Notes: generated by a model not told the origin, from the letters alone. A stretch of DNA of 64,000 bases from Stegostoma tigrinum (GCF_030684315.1 NC_081387.1:1716497-1780496), one strand, 5' to 3'; shown: positions 48,795-63,049, counted from the stretch's first letter. Numbers and translations are program-made.

Positions 48795-49987
48795 ATCTTT
48801 TCCCAAGCTGCAGTGACCAGAACTGAACACAGTTCTCAAGATAGGGTCTAAACAGAGCATTGTACTGCTGGAAAACAAGGACATAGTTAGTTTTGGGGAG
48901 GGGATGGTGTGGGTTATCTTTTCTCTTCAGTATGGACCTGCAGTAATCTACAGTTTTGACAGAAATAAGCAGGACCAACTAATACTTGACATGGTCCAGT
49001 CAGATCTGCCGATGGAAGATTAAACCAATTGTGTACCAGATACAGTCAAAGCTTTACCCTTTGGATTTCAGAAGCTGAGCAAACAACTGGGAAGAAAAAC
49101 AGTGAAGGCAAAGAACCGTGGATGCTGGAGGTCTTCAGAAGGGTCACTGGTCTCAAAATCTTAACTCTCTTATCTCTCCACATTTGCAGCTAGATGTGAG
49201 TTTATCCAGCAGTTTCTGTTTTTATTTGTTTCAGGAAAAAAGAGTAAAGGTAATTTTGAGAGCAACAGATGTGAAGGTCCATTTAAGAGAAATGGTTAAA
49301 CCAGACTGACAGCTGCAGAAACATTGTGGTGAATGGATGGTCAAAGGGCAGAGGAATTGGACATTAGAAAGCACCGACCAACTCACCTTGGGGGAAGAGG
49401 TTCTTCCAGAAATGAAAACTGATTGATCCATGACCCATGTGATCTCTGTTACCATTGATTGGTTTGTATGCCGTGAATGAGCTCCATCCAGTGTCACTGA
49501 TGTTTAGTGTTATTTCTAAGCATTGGAATTCGGAGCCAGAATAAAGCGCCATGAATTTGAAGAAACTTCTATCTTTACTATTCAGAGAGTTTCTCAAGCC
49601 GTGATTATCTGTGTATATGCATATGTGTGTGTGTGTGTTAGTGAAGTGCACCAGCTCTCAGGTGTGGGTATGAGATAGAATCAGACCCTGCTTTAGTTGG
49701 TGATGTGAATTCTGGACAGATCCTCTTCAGGTTATGGATGTTTGATTCACACCATGGGTAAAATTTGTACTCTCCTGTCTGGGAGGACTACTCTCCTGAG
49801 TATTGGCAGAATGGGGGTGGGAGGGATGAGTCTTTACAAACTGATTTCCCCCCATCATACCTTGATGTAATAACAGTGTGATTTGTTCACCTCACACTCT
49901 TTCAAGACTCATTTCAAATTCTGGGAAAGATCTTGAGTCATTTTCAAGTGTTTTGTTATTTTGATTAATTTCAACGTTGCTTTACAT

Positions 49988-52170
49988 GGAACATAGAACA
50001 TTACAGCACAGTACAGGCCCTTCGGCCCTCGATGTTGTGCCAGCCTGTCATACCGATCTCAAGCCCATCTCACCTACACTATTCCATGTACGTCCATATG
50101 CTTGTCCATTGACGACTTAAATGTACCTAAAGTTGGCGAATCTACTACCGTTGCAGGCAAAGCGTTCCATTCCCTTACTAATCTCTGAGTAAAGAAACCA
50201 CCTCTGACATCTGTCCTATATCTTTCACCCCTCAATTTAAAGCTATGCCCCCTCGTGCTCGCTGTCACCATCCTAGGAAAAAGGCTCTCCCGATCCACCC
50301 TATCTAACCCTCTGATTATTTTATATGTTTCAATTAAGTCACCTCTCAACCTTCTTCTCTCTAATGAAAACAGCCTCAAGTCCCTCAGCCTTTCCTCGTA
50401 AGACCTTCCCTCCATAACAGGCAACATCCTAGTAAATCTCCTCTGCACCCTTTCCAAAACTTCCACATTCTTCTTGTAATGCGGTGACCAGAACTGTACA
50501 CAATACTCCAAGTGCGGCCACACCAGAGTTTTGTACAGCTGCAGCATAACCTCTTGGTTCCGGTACTCGATCACTCTATTAATAAAAGCTAAAACACTGT
50601 ATGCCTTCTTAACAGCCCTGCCAACCTGGGTGGCAACTTTCAACGATCTGTGTACATGGACACCGAGATCTCTCTGCTCATCTACACTACCAAAAATCTT
50701 ACCATTAGCCCAGTACTTTGCCTTCCAGTTACTCCTACCAAAGTGCATCACCTCACACTTGTCTGCATTAAACTCCATTTGCCACCTCTCAGCCCAGCTC
50801 TGCAGCTTATCTATGTCTCTCTGCAACCTACAGCATCCTTCGTCACTATCCACAACTCCACCGACTTTAGTGTCATCTGCAAATTTACTAACCCATCCTT
50901 CTACGCCCTCATCCAGGTCATTTATAAAAATGACAAACAGCAGTGGACCCAACACCAACCCTTGCGGGACACGACTTGTAACTGGTCTCCAGGATGAACA
51001 TTTCCCATCAACTACCACCCTCTGTCTTCTTTCAGCAAGCCAATTTCCGATCCAAACTGCTATATCTCCCACATTTCCATTCCTCTGCATTTTGTACAAT
51101 AGCCTACTGTGGGGAACCTTATCAAACGCCTTGCTGAAATCCATATACACCACATCAACCGGTTTACTCTCATCTACCTGTTTGGTCACCTTCTCAAAGA
51201 ACTCAATAAGTTTTGTGTGGCACGACCTTCCCTTCACAAAACCGTGCTGACTATCCCTAATCAATTTATTCTTTTCTAGATGATTATAAATCCTATCCCT
51301 TATAACCTTTTCCAACACTTTACCAACAACTGAGGTAAGGCTCACTGGTGTATAATTACTAGGGTTGTCTCTACTCCCCTTCTTGAACAGGGGAACCACA
51401 TTTGCTTTCCTCCAGTCATCTGGCACTATTCCTGTAGACAATGACGAGTTAAAGATCAATGCCAAAGGCTCAGCAATCTCCTCCCTGGCTTCCCAGAGGA
51501 TCCTAGGATAAATCCCATCCAGCCCAGGGGACTTATCTACCTTCACCCTCTGTAGGATTTCTAATACCTCTTCCTTGTGAACCTCAATCCCACCTAGTCT
51601 AGTCGCCTGTATCCCAGTATTCTCCTCAACAACGTTATTGTTTTCTGGAATGAATACTGTTGAAAAATATTCATTTAGTGCTTCCCCTATCTCATCTGAC
51701 TCCACACACAATCTACCACTACTATCCTTGATTGGGTCTAATCTTACTTTCATCATTCTTTCATTCCTTAAATACCTATAGAATGCCTTAGTGTTTACCC
51801 TGATCCTATCCGCCAACTTCTCATGTCTCCTCCTGGCTCTTCTGAGCTCTCTCTTTAGGTCTTTCCGGGCTACCTCGTAGCCCTCAAGTGCCCTAACTGA
51901 GCATTCACATCTTATCCGAACATAAGCCTTCTTCTTCCTCTTGACCAGAGATTCAACCTACTTCGTAAACCACGGCTCCCGTGCTCTACAGCTTCCTCCC
52001 TGCCTGACAGGTACATACTTATCTAGGACACAACGGAGCTTTTCCTTGAATAAGCTCCACATTTCTAATGTGCCCATCCCCTGCAATTTCGTTCCCCATC
52101 CTATGGTCCCTAAATCTTGCCTAATCTCATCGTAATTGCCTTTCCCCCAGCTATAACTCTTGCCCAGTGG
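49988..52170 (-). mobile_element. Young 5'-truncated CR1 LINE
   Basis: 580-codon open frame 50074-51816 with RT motifs YMDFSKAFD, VPQGLVLGPLLF and FADD; short 3' UTR ending in TTCTATG-type repeats. Confidence 0.95.
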
Positions 52171-52849
52171 TTGTTTTGCTGTTTCCCCGCTGCTTTATGA
52201 ATCCTCTGTGTCCATTTAGAACTCTCAGTAAATTAAATTGTGAGTTCAGCTTATCTACCTGATGTCAGCCTGGTGCATTCCTGTTCACTAAAACATTCAG
52301 GATCCTACAGTAAGTGTCCTGTGCACAATTAATTGGTCAACTTCGCTGTAGTCTGGGATATTTCTCCATCAATGTGTTCATAATTTGTCATTCAATGGAA
52401 GCAAAACTTTTCCTGAAGTTGGAAGGAAAGACTTAAGTTTATAAAGCATCATCAATTACAAATTCAGCCTCTTGGAAAGCAGCACCCCCTTCAATTTAGT
52501 GCTTCAAGAAGTGAAGCCACTGTTATAAGTTTGCCAACAGCAAGGTCCCACCACTCCCAAATTTCTGGAGACTAAAATATCTTTTTGTGATGTTGGTTAG
52601 GAGTGCATATTGTACAGGAAACCAGCTCAAGTCCCAAAGCTGTGTCCAAAACACTTTTCCCGCTGTAAGGTGGCAGCCTGAAAGTCTGACTGACTTAAAG
52701 TGGTAACTATTTCAAGCTCCAGGTGTCAGTATTCCAGTGTCTTTGTGTCTTGGTTCCGAAGCTGTGAAAGATGATAAAGTCCCCCTGGGGCCAGGAGAAG
52801 TAAAACTGATGGTGAGAAGTCAGCAGACTCCAGGATCGAGGAATAACCT

Positions 52850-53650
52850 TGGGCTGAAGGTGGAAAATGGAGTTTAATTTAGAAAAATGTGAGGTCTTGC
52901 ATTTTGGTAAGGCAAACCAGGGCAGGAATAGCACAGTTAATGGTAGGGCTCTGGAGAATGTTGCACAACAAAGAGACCTAGGGGTGCACATGCACAGTTC
53001 CTTGAATGGAGTCATAGGAAGACAGGGTGCTGAAGAATGTGTTTAGAATGCTTGCCTTCTTTGGTCAGAACATTGAGTATTGGAGATGGAACATCATGTT
53101 GTGGCTGTACAGAACATTGGTTAGGCTACTTTTTGAATCCTGCTTACAATTCGGGTTGCCCTTCTATGTGAAGGATGTTATTAAACCTGAGAAGATGCAG
53201 AAAAGATTTACAACGATGTTGCTAGGACTGGAGTGTTTGAATTATAGGGAGGGGCTGAACAGATTGGGGCTTTTTTCTCTGGAGCATCAGAAGCTGAGGA
53301 GGTTTATGGTGGTTCATAAAATCATGAGAGGCATGAATAGGTTGAATACCCAAGGTGTTTTTTCTAGGGTTCAGGAGTCCAAAACTAAAGGGCATAGGTT
53401 AAAGGTGAAAAAGGAAAGATTTAACAAGGATCTGAGGAGTAACTTTCTCACACAGAGGGTGGTGCATGTAAGGAACATGCTGCCAGATAAGGTGGTGGAG
53501 GTGGGTACAATTACAGCATTTAAAAGGCATAGGTATATGAATAGTAAGGGTTTAAGGGATATGCTGGCAAATGGGACCAGTTCAGATTGGGCCATCCGAT
53601 CGGCGTGCATGAATTGGACCATAAGGTCTGTTTCTGTGCTGTAAGACTCT
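52850..53650 (+). mobile_element. CR1 3' fragment
   Basis: ORF 53027-53644 (LYRTLVR...LGLFSLE...RGM...F.TQRVV) is homologous to the C-terminus of the 580-aa ORF. Confidence 0.85.
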
Positions 53651-54639
53651 AATCTGCAGACTAGGTACTGATAGAGGATCCCCACATCAAGCAAAATTCC
53701 ACATATCCTCAAACCCATTGGCTCTATTTCAGCCACACACCAGAACTGTCTGGTGACTGTAAATCCATGGTGTTCATCAATGACACTCGTCAGCAGTTTG
53801 TCTTCCTGCTGTGACTGCAGAATTGTCCCTGTTGGAACCATTGTGCACTTTTCCAGAACTAGAGGACAACAACTCTCTTCCTTACAATGCACACCACCCC
53901 AATTGGCCCAGTCCTGCTCCCAAACCCAGCATTCATTGATATTCGGGTCAGTGATACAGGACCTTGAGTGATGGAAACTGGATGTGTCTTCATCTTGATC
54001 TGACTGTCTGTGACCTGGGTTAATCTGACATTTATTTTGATAGAGTTTTACTTTGTATCTCATCTGTGCTGTACCTTCTCTGTGAGTGTTTGATGGAACA
54101 GTGTCAATGTGGAGCAGTTATTCCATCCTTATGGAGGTGAACCCTCATTTTCCTCTTACACTCCAGAATCTGAACTTCAGCCTGAACTTGAATGGATGCA
54201 GAAAATTAACACTGTTCACAACTCCTGAGAATTGTCAGGAATAAATTGTTGCAACTTCTATTTTCAAAAATTGTTAACTCTAGCCCCTTTTTTGTATGTT
54301 GCCTAACTCCAGTGGAGCAGATTCTGACCTTGTGAAATAGTGTGAAACCTCTACTTACAATTGAAAACCTATCTTATCACTCTCCTTGTTTTTATTTCAG
54401 GAATATAAATGGAGAAGAGATGTAAAACAAGTTGATGACTTTCCAAAGGAAATAAAAACAGGTTTTTTGCTGTTGCATAATCACCCTTCTCTTCCATAAC
54501 ATGTTGCTAGACATTACCTATGTCATTATGCTAGACATTCCATTCCTTCTTTTGTCTTGTGTTGTTATTTAAAAGCCTCTGCAAAGGCTCAATTGTTCTA
54601 ATACGAAGGTGCTCAGTAAGCAGCCATAGTGAACAAATT

Positions 54640-56835
54640 GGCCACGGGTCATGTCTGACACAGGGCAGGGCAGGTGACTGAGGTGACAGTGGGGACCAGC
54701 GACCAGAGTTCTATTAATTTTAAAATAGTTACAGAGAAGGGATAAAACTGGTCCACAAGTTCAAATTCTATATCGGTGAATTTTGATGGAATTAGACAGG
54801 AGCTTGCAGGTGTCGATTGGAGTAGTTTGTTTGCAGGTGTCGATTGGAGTAGTTTGTTTGCAGGCATAGGAACCTCTGGCAAGTGGGAGGCCTTTAAAAG
54901 TGTGATTGATAGAATTCAAAGTCTATATGTTCATGTGAGGGTGAAGGGCAAGGTTGGGAGGAGTAAGGAATCCCGGATGACAAGAAATATTGAGGCTTTG
55001 ACTTGAATAAAAGGAGGCATGGCTCAGGAAAAGGCATCTGGGATCAAGGGAAGGAAATAAGGAAGGAAGAAGCTTTGACTGAGAAGATTATGGTGACTCT
55101 AAAGAGATTAAAGTAAAAAGAACTAGAGAGAGAATAGGACCCCTCAAGGACCAAAGTAGAAATGCATGTGTGGAAATGCAAGAAATGGGTGAGGACCTCA
55201 ATGAATATTTCTCCTCTTGTGTTTACCATGAAGACTTGCTAACTTGGGGAAGTTAGTGGCAATATCTTCAGGACAGTCCATATCATAGTAGAGATGTTGG
55301 AAGTATTAGAATATATGTAGGTGGATAAATCTCCTGGTCAAGATCAGATATGTCTAAGAACCATGCAAGAGGCTACAGAAGAAATTGTGGGGCCATGGCT
55401 GATATATTTGCATTGTTAACCACGGGTGAGGTCCCAGAAGACTGAAGGATGGTGAATGTTGTGCCCTTATTCAAGAAGGGCTGCAAAGAAGAACCTGGGA
55501 ATTATAGACCAGTAAGTTTGCTATGTAAGTTATTTGACAAGATTCTGAGATAAGATATACCTGCATTTAGAGACTCTGGCTTTGATTAGGAATAGTCAGC
55601 ATGGCTTTGTGCATGGGAGATCATGCCTCACAAATTTGTTAGAGATTTTTGATGAAGTGACTAGGAAGGTTGATGAGGACCGGGTGGTAAATGTAGTCTA
55701 CATGGAGTTCAGTAAGGCCTTTGATAAGGTTCCACATGGTAGGCTGCTCTGGAAGGTAAGATTGCATGGAAACAGGGAGAGCTGGCAAACTGGATATGCA
55801 ATTAGCTTGATGGTAAGAAACAGGGAGTAATAGTGGAAGGATGCTTGGCAAACTGAAGGCCTGAAACTGGTGCTGTGCCTTAGGGGTCAGTGCTAGGCCC
55901 ATTGCTGTTTGTTATACACATCAATGTTTTGGATGAGAATTACAAGGTGCGATTGGTAAGTTTGCAGATGACACTAAAATAGCTGGTATTGTGGACAGTG
56001 AGGAAGGTTATCAGAAATTTCAGCAGTATCTTGATCAGCTGGGGAAGTGGGCCAAGAAATGGCAAATCAAGTTTAATATAGATATGTGTGGGGTGTTGCA
56101 TTTTGGAACGTCAAACCAAGGTAGGAGTTTAATGGTGAATGGTAGGGCTTAAGGAGTGTAATGGAACAGGAGTCCAGGTGCAAGGTTCCCTGAAAGTGGA
56201 GTCACAGGTAGACAGGGCAGTGAAGAAGGCTATTGGCACAGTAGCCTTCATCAGTTGGGCATTAACTACAGAAGTTGGGTCATAGTGTTCAGTTGTACAG
56301 GACATTGGTGAGGCTGTATTTGGAATACTGTGTTCAGTTTTGGTCATCTTGCTGCAGGAAGGATGTTACTGAACTGGAAAAAGTGCAGAAGAAATTTATA
56401 AAGACATTGTCAACACGCAAGGGACTGAGTTATGGGGAGAAGTTGGACAAGCTAGGACTTTTTTCTTTCGAGTGTAGGAGACTGAGAGGGAGTCTTATAG
56501 AAGTGCATAAAATCATGAGAGGTATGTACTCAGTGTTTTTCCCAGGATTGTGGAATTGAGGACTAGAGAGCATCAGTTTAAGGTAAGAGGGGAAAGAATA
56601 TATGGGAATCTGAGGGGCACAATTTTACAGAGGGTGTTACACATAAGGAATGAGATGCCAGCGGAAGTGGTTGAGGTGGGTACATTAACAACATTTAAAA
56701 GACATTTGGACGAATATGTGGATAAGAAAGGTTTAGAAGGATATGGGCAAATTGCAGGGAAATTAAGTTAGCATGGATTTTGGTCAATGGACCCATTTTG
56801 GGCTGAGGGGCCAATCTCCATGCTGTAGGACTCTT
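54640..56835 (+). mobile_element. Degenerate CR1 ORF2 fragment
   Basis: IRNSQHGFVHGRSCLTNLLE, FSKAFDKVPH and LYRTLVRLYLEYCVQFW in broken frames. Confidence 0.9.
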
Positions 56836-57849
56836 CTTTCCAGTATTTTATTGTACCATTCACGATCTTACAACTGTCAGTTTCCTGCTCTCCTTCTGAA
56901 TTAAATAAATATAAAACTCACAAACAATGTCTGAGTTGCAGTCTCACTGTTAATCCTTGAATTCCTGCTTTTGAGAAGTTGCTGCTTTAATTTTTGCTGT
57001 TCCTTTAGCTTCGTTGACCTGTTTGATTTCCCTATCTCCTTATTCAACTAATTTTCTGGGTAGCTGTATACTATGCAGTGCTGGCACTGCTGCTTGCTTC
57101 TGTTTTTACTGTTGACTGTTTCTGGGCTTACTGCTCTGTTGCATTTCCAAGGAATGTGGATCACATTCAGATGTGGTGACCCCATTCAGCTCATTATCTT
57201 ATTGTTGTTTACAGTTCTAAAGGGTAGTCAGAGAGTTCAGAACTTCAGTCAAATCATTGAATTGAATAGACATGCATTCATTGTATGGTCTGAGGCTTCA
57301 TTCACCTTCTTGTGACTAGTGAATTGAAAATGTCACTCATCATGTCCATCAGGTTCTCAATGTCCACAGAATGCTGGCAGGGTGGTTTGGCCAATTTCCA
57401 AAAATTAGTCATTACAATATGGCCTTTTTAATGTTTTTAAATGTTGACTTGTCTTAAGAAGTTCTAGTTAAATGCCCAACTACAATCTTCATTTTAAATG
57501 TCAACAAATGATTCCTTCAGCTTTGAGTCCAAGTGTTTTTTAAATGGTTCTGACCCTATCATACTTTCAGACAGTGAGCTCATAGCCTCAACACCCTCTG
57601 GTAAAAAACACTACTCAAATCTCCTCTAATCTTGACTTGAATCTATTGACTTTAAATCTCTGATCCCTGGTTACTGACCTCCCTGCTCTTGAAAACAAAC
57701 TTGAAACAATCCCATGAGCTGCCTCTGACCTTCCCTCCCTTCTACTAGTCTGCCTGGACAAACTTCTGTTAATGGTCTCTCCTGTCCTAGACCTGAACTT
57801 ACATTGTTCTCTAGTTTCTCTCCTTTTTCCCCTCACGCTTGTGCATGAG

Positions 57850-59983
57850 GTCCATCTCTGTGTGGATTCATTGAAGTTCCAGGAGGTCCAACATTAGTAC
57901 AAGACTCACATCAAAACAGTTTCTCTGTGTCTGTGAACAGAGGGATGAGAAGATTGTGTGAAAGCCTCATTACACACCTCACACCAGAACTGTTTCTTTC
58001 CAGTGTGGATCTGCTGATGCTTTTGAAGATTGGGGAAATTGTCGAAAGTCTCACTGATCACATTTTAAAGTTTACTCCCCTCTACAAGTCCTCTGGTGTT
58101 CCAGAACAGCCAAAGATGCCACAAAATCTTAATCATAAACCTCACAGCCAAACAATTTTTCAGTGTTGGACTCTCAGCCGGCACAGGAGATTCAGTGGCT
58201 GTTTCACGCACCTCACACTTGAACAGTGTCTTGCTTCTGTGGATGCTTCGATGTGTGCGGAGGTATAATAACAAGAATAATTTGAAACACTACCTGTGAA
58301 TGGTTTGTCTGCGGCGAGAATGTGTTTATGTCTGTGGAGAGTTAATGATTTGAGAATGATTTGTTACATCTCACGCACTTGAACAGCTTCTCCCCCCTGT
58401 GACTGCATTGGTACTTGGGAAGCTCTATGGTAAAGAGAAAATTTTCTGATGCATTGCACAAATGAAGGGATTGTGTCATATGTGAACATATCGGTATGCA
58501 CGGAGGGTTAATGATGCGGAAGTACTGGACCAGTCTCTCCTGTATCGATCGATTTAGTCTGAGTGTTTATTTGATAGTCTCAAGGTGAATTTCCCACACC
58601 CCTCACACCTGATGAGTTGTTTTCTTGTGTGAATCCTCTAATGGAACAGGAGGGTCAATGGCCTTGAGAATGCTTTGTTGCATACATCACATGTGATTGA
58701 GCTTCCAGATGTGTGAGTGCATCTTGTGAAAAGCCAATAAATTACAGAATGATTTGTTACACATGTTGCATGTCAATAGTTACTCCCCTTTGTGAATGCA
58801 TCGGTGTCTGCGGAGGTGTGATAACTGTGAGAAAGATTTGTCACACACCTTGCATGAGAATGGTTTCTCACCTGTGTGAATGCGTTGGTGTGCATGGAGG
58901 ATTGATGAATTAGTAAACCATTTGTTACATACGTCACATGTGAATCAGTTTTCCCAAGTGTGAATGCATTGATGACCGTGGAGTGTTGATGAGTGTGAGA
59001 ATGATTTGTTGCATATGTTGCATGTGAATGGTTTCTGTCCTGTGTGAATGCACTGGTGAACACGGAGGGCTGAAGAAGTTGAGAATGATTTGATGCAGAC
59101 CTTGCACGTGAATGGTTTCTCTCCTGTGTGAATGTGCTGATGTTCAAGGAGTCCCCATGACTGTAAGAATGATTTGTCACATAGTTCACATTTAAAGGGT
59201 TTCTTGCCTGTGTGAAGATGTTGGAGTCTGCGGAGGGTTGATGAGTACAAGAACAATTTGTCACACACCTCACATTTGAATGGCTTCTCACCACTGTGAA
59301 TGCGTTGGTGATTCACAAGTGTCATTGACGTGGTGACCATTCAGTCACAAACCTCACACTTCAGTGGTTTCTCTTCCATGAAGCCGTTTGTGTAAACAGC
59401 GGTACAACAGATGCACCTTACATGTCAGGAGATTTTATGAAACCCAGGGGCCCACCTCATGCACTTGAACAACCCCTCACCTGTATGAATGAGTCAGTGG
59501 TTCATGAGGCTTGATGAATGATTGAAGGTCTAACCACACTAAGAGCCACTAAAACTTGTTCCCAGCTTCTCACCCTGACCAATCACTCACAGAACAGCTT
59601 CTCTTGGTTGAGAGGCTGAGTAGACACAAGACTCGGCTACTGTGAGCAGTTTGCTTTTGGATTTTCTGGAGTTACACGAGGATTCGATTATTTTCCATTT
59701 CATTTCATCAAGATCTTCTGTATTTGTTGATGCTTCAGAAAGGTCAGTTCTGATGAAAGGCTCCACACCACTGACCAATTTCAGATCTGATGATATGTCA
59801 AAGCTCCCCTGACATGACCGATTTGCAGCTGATAGTTTCACGGTCCAATCTTCTGTGTTCAGCAATGCTGCAATGGGACTGATGTCCTCCCATAGTTGTG
59901 CAGTTGTTCCTTGGGTGATGGCCAAGATCCATCTGGCATGTCTATCCTCTCTGTATTCTCCAGTACAGTATGGTACATTCCTT
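57850..59983 (-). pseudogene. Decayed paralogous C2H2 zinc-finger gene
   Basis: Four consecutive intact fingers in ORF 58945-59340, then frameshifts and stops with finger remnants to about 57850. The exon 5' part and acceptor (59984) are homologous to 45850-46160. Confidence 0.8.
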
Positions 59984-60599
59984 CTGTAAAACATGGAAAG
60001 AAAACATGATTTCTTCTAACTGTCTCTCACCTTTGATGAAGCAGCCAACTCTTAATACCATTTTTAAAATTCATATTTTCCGAGGAAGTGGGTGTAGCTG
60101 ACTGGCCTGACTAATATAATGATACCCATTTAAGTTTCCCCTTCAAGAGATGGTGCTGAACCATCCACTTGAACCAGGACGATCCACTGTATTGGGGAGT
60201 TGGAGGCACACTGACAGTGCTATTGTGAAAGTAGATCCAGGACTCTGATCCAGTGACAGTGAAGCACGGTGATTGAATTCCAAGTCAAGATTATGTGTGA
60301 ATTTAAGGTGAAATTATAGGGGATGAGGTTTCTGTGCGTCTGCTGTCCTTGTGTTTCTAGCTGTTGGATTTCATAGGTTTGGAAGAAATGTAATGTTCTG
60401 TGTGAATGGTTCACACTGCTGTCTCTGTGCATTGGTTGTGAAGAGAGTGAATTTGAAGATGTTGGACAGGATACCAGTCAAACGGGTAGTTTACTTCCGC
60501 CTGATGTTGAGTGTTGTTGCAGCCCCACTCATTAGGCAAATTAAGAGAAACAAGCAGACAGTTAGGTTTTACGAGACTTGGGAATGCGGGTACTGAAAT

Positions 60600-62040
60600 C
60601 ATTAAATATTATAAACAGGGGCAGAAAATATTAAAATGCCTCATGGCATATCTCAAGGAAAAGAAAACAAGGGGATGGACGTCACGTTAAAGTGATACAA
60701 AGCTCTGGTTTCACCAGACTTTGAATACTGAATGTAGTTCTGGGCACTTCGTCACAGGAAGGAGACATTGGTCTTGAGGGAGTGCGGTGTAGATTTACAA
60801 GAATAATCCCTGGACTGCACAGTTACATAATGAGCAGAGATAAAACAATCTAAGGTTATATTTCATGGAGTTTGGAAAATTAAGGGGTGATCTCGTTGAA
60901 GTTAATTGACGGGATGACAACTTTTAATCTCACCTGATTGGCTATTCACATCCATTTCACCAGTCAGTTTCACAGCTTCAGAAACTCAGAAAATAAAACA
61001 AAGAACCACCAAAGCTTGAGATCTGAAACAAAAACAATTTGCTTGTGAAATTCAGCAGATCTAGCAGCAACTGTGGAAGTAAAGCAGAGTTAACATTTTA
61101 AGTGCCAGGACACTTCATCAGAACAAAAGTTAATTCTGCTTCACTTACCCCACCCCCACCCCCACCCACACACAGATGTTGCTAGACCAGCTGAGTTTTG
61201 CCAGGGATTTCTGGTTTTATTTCAGAAAACGCACGTTGCTCCGTATCTGTATTGGCTGTGAGAGAGGTCGGACAGTCCAACCAGTCTGCCCATTCTCTCC
61301 TGTTCACAAATTCACAGTTATCCACTTTTGCAGCAAAAACAGGAACGCAAATTATTGTCTCAATGGCTAACAATTAAGAGAGGGGAATGTACAATAAGAT
61401 CGGGTGGCTTCCTGCACCAGTTTCCGAAGGTAAGGATGTAGGTGCAGCAGGTGTTGACCTTCACAGTGACAGTACGGAAGCAGGGATAGCTTGCTGCATT
61501 TATACAGGGCCTTGGTGAAATTACACCTGGAATACTGTGTTCTATTTTGGTCTCCTTATCTGAGGGAGGATGTTCTTACAAGAGTGCAGTGAAGGTTTAC
61601 CAGACTGATCCCTGGGATGGCGGGACTGACAGCTTGAATTAGTTAGGATTACACTCACTGGAGTTCAGAAGAATGAGGGGGAATCTCAAAGAACCTACAA
61701 ACTTCTAACAGGACTAAACATAGATGTGGGAAGGGTGTTGCTGATGGTACAGGAATCCAAAACAGTCCAAAGATATGGAGCAAACCCGTTGAGGGCTGAG
61801 TTGACCTTTTTTTAATTCAGAGAATAGCAAGCATGTAGGATTCCCTGAGATAAAAAGAGGTGAGGCCAAAACAATCAAAACATCCTTGCAAAAGGATCTG
61901 GACACAGCACATGGAGCTAAAGGGAACAAAAGACATGGCAGGGTGAGGACAGCCAGGAGGAGGAGATTGAGTTCGATGATCAGCGACAATCGTAATGAAT
62001 GAAGGATCAAACAAGCTACTCCTGCTTCTATTGTCTGTGT
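60600..62040 (+). mobile_element. Two old CR1 3' fragments (about 60600-60910 and 61385-62040) in intron 1 of zinc-finger gene 2
   Basis: DNA similarity to the CR1 C-terminal region (GAATACTGTGTTC...TTTTGGTCTCC). Confidence 0.7.
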
Positions 62041-62404
62041 TTCTGTGTTAATTCACAAGATAATAACCAGCTTCAAACACACACGGTATTTACAACAGGA
62101 AGTCAGAATCGACACCTCCCAGATGATTACATCTTAAAATCTAATTCAGGAATATGCCATCAACAAAACTCAGGCTGGAAATCAGAAGGGAAACGCTTCC
62201 AATAAACACACTCAATATACAACACGCAGCTCCAGTCAAACAGCTCAGCACAAAGCACCGAGTAAACAGCTCTCTCAGCTGGATCTTCTCACACAGCATA
62301 AGGGACATTTCCACCCCTGATTACCCACAGGACAGTCAGACTGCCTGAAGACTGGTGTGGATATTATGGGATACAATTTGTATAAAAGCTGCTCCTTCAC
62401 TCAC

Positions 62405-62602
62405 CATCTCCTCACTTGGTTTTCAGTCCCTGTAGGAAGTGAACCAGCTCTGGAAGAGGAAGAGGAGAGAATGGGCAGAGTGGGTGGGCTCTCTGATTGA
62501 CGTCTCTCACAGCCAATCTGAATATTTCTGCAGCAACATGAGTTTCCTAAAGTTTGAAAAACTGACCGGTGAAATGGAGGTGACTTTCAGCAGCAGATCA
62601 GG
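62405..62602 (-). promoter_or_regulatory. Probable promoter and first exon of zinc-finger gene 2
   Basis: Near-identical to 46763-46960; donor ATG/GTGAGT at 62405/62404. Confidence 0.6.
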
Positions 62603-63049
62603 TTCAAAACACTCGGATGTGAACATAAGGAATAGATTCTTCACATTTTAAATGGAGTAGCTTTTTCATGTCGGTACCGTCCTTCGAACACACATGAGAA
62701 GGTACAGCATGCGTTAGATAGAGTCAAACTCAGTCTAAACTACTTCTGGGCAGTTGGATTTACCCACGTCACTCATACCCGGTACGGGATCAAGACGCTC
62801 TTGCTTCAGTCAATGCTGTATTACTAAATCTAATGTCATTGGAGGGCGGATGGTGTGCTGAAATAGGTAGTAAACGTTTACAGAACCAGGTGGAGATGAT
62901 TCAGCTCCGCAAGACCAGTTAGAATTTGAATACATGACGGCTGATCCCTGCTAAATGTAGGAACAGCAGGAGGTCATTCAGACCCTCATGCCAATTCGAA
63001 TCTTACTGTCGTAAATCAATCAATTTAATCAATGCCTCGAAAGGGGAAT

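Noticed and set aside
50531-51250. 239-aa plus-strand ORF
   Set aside because: Antisense shadow of the CR1 reverse transcriptase frame.
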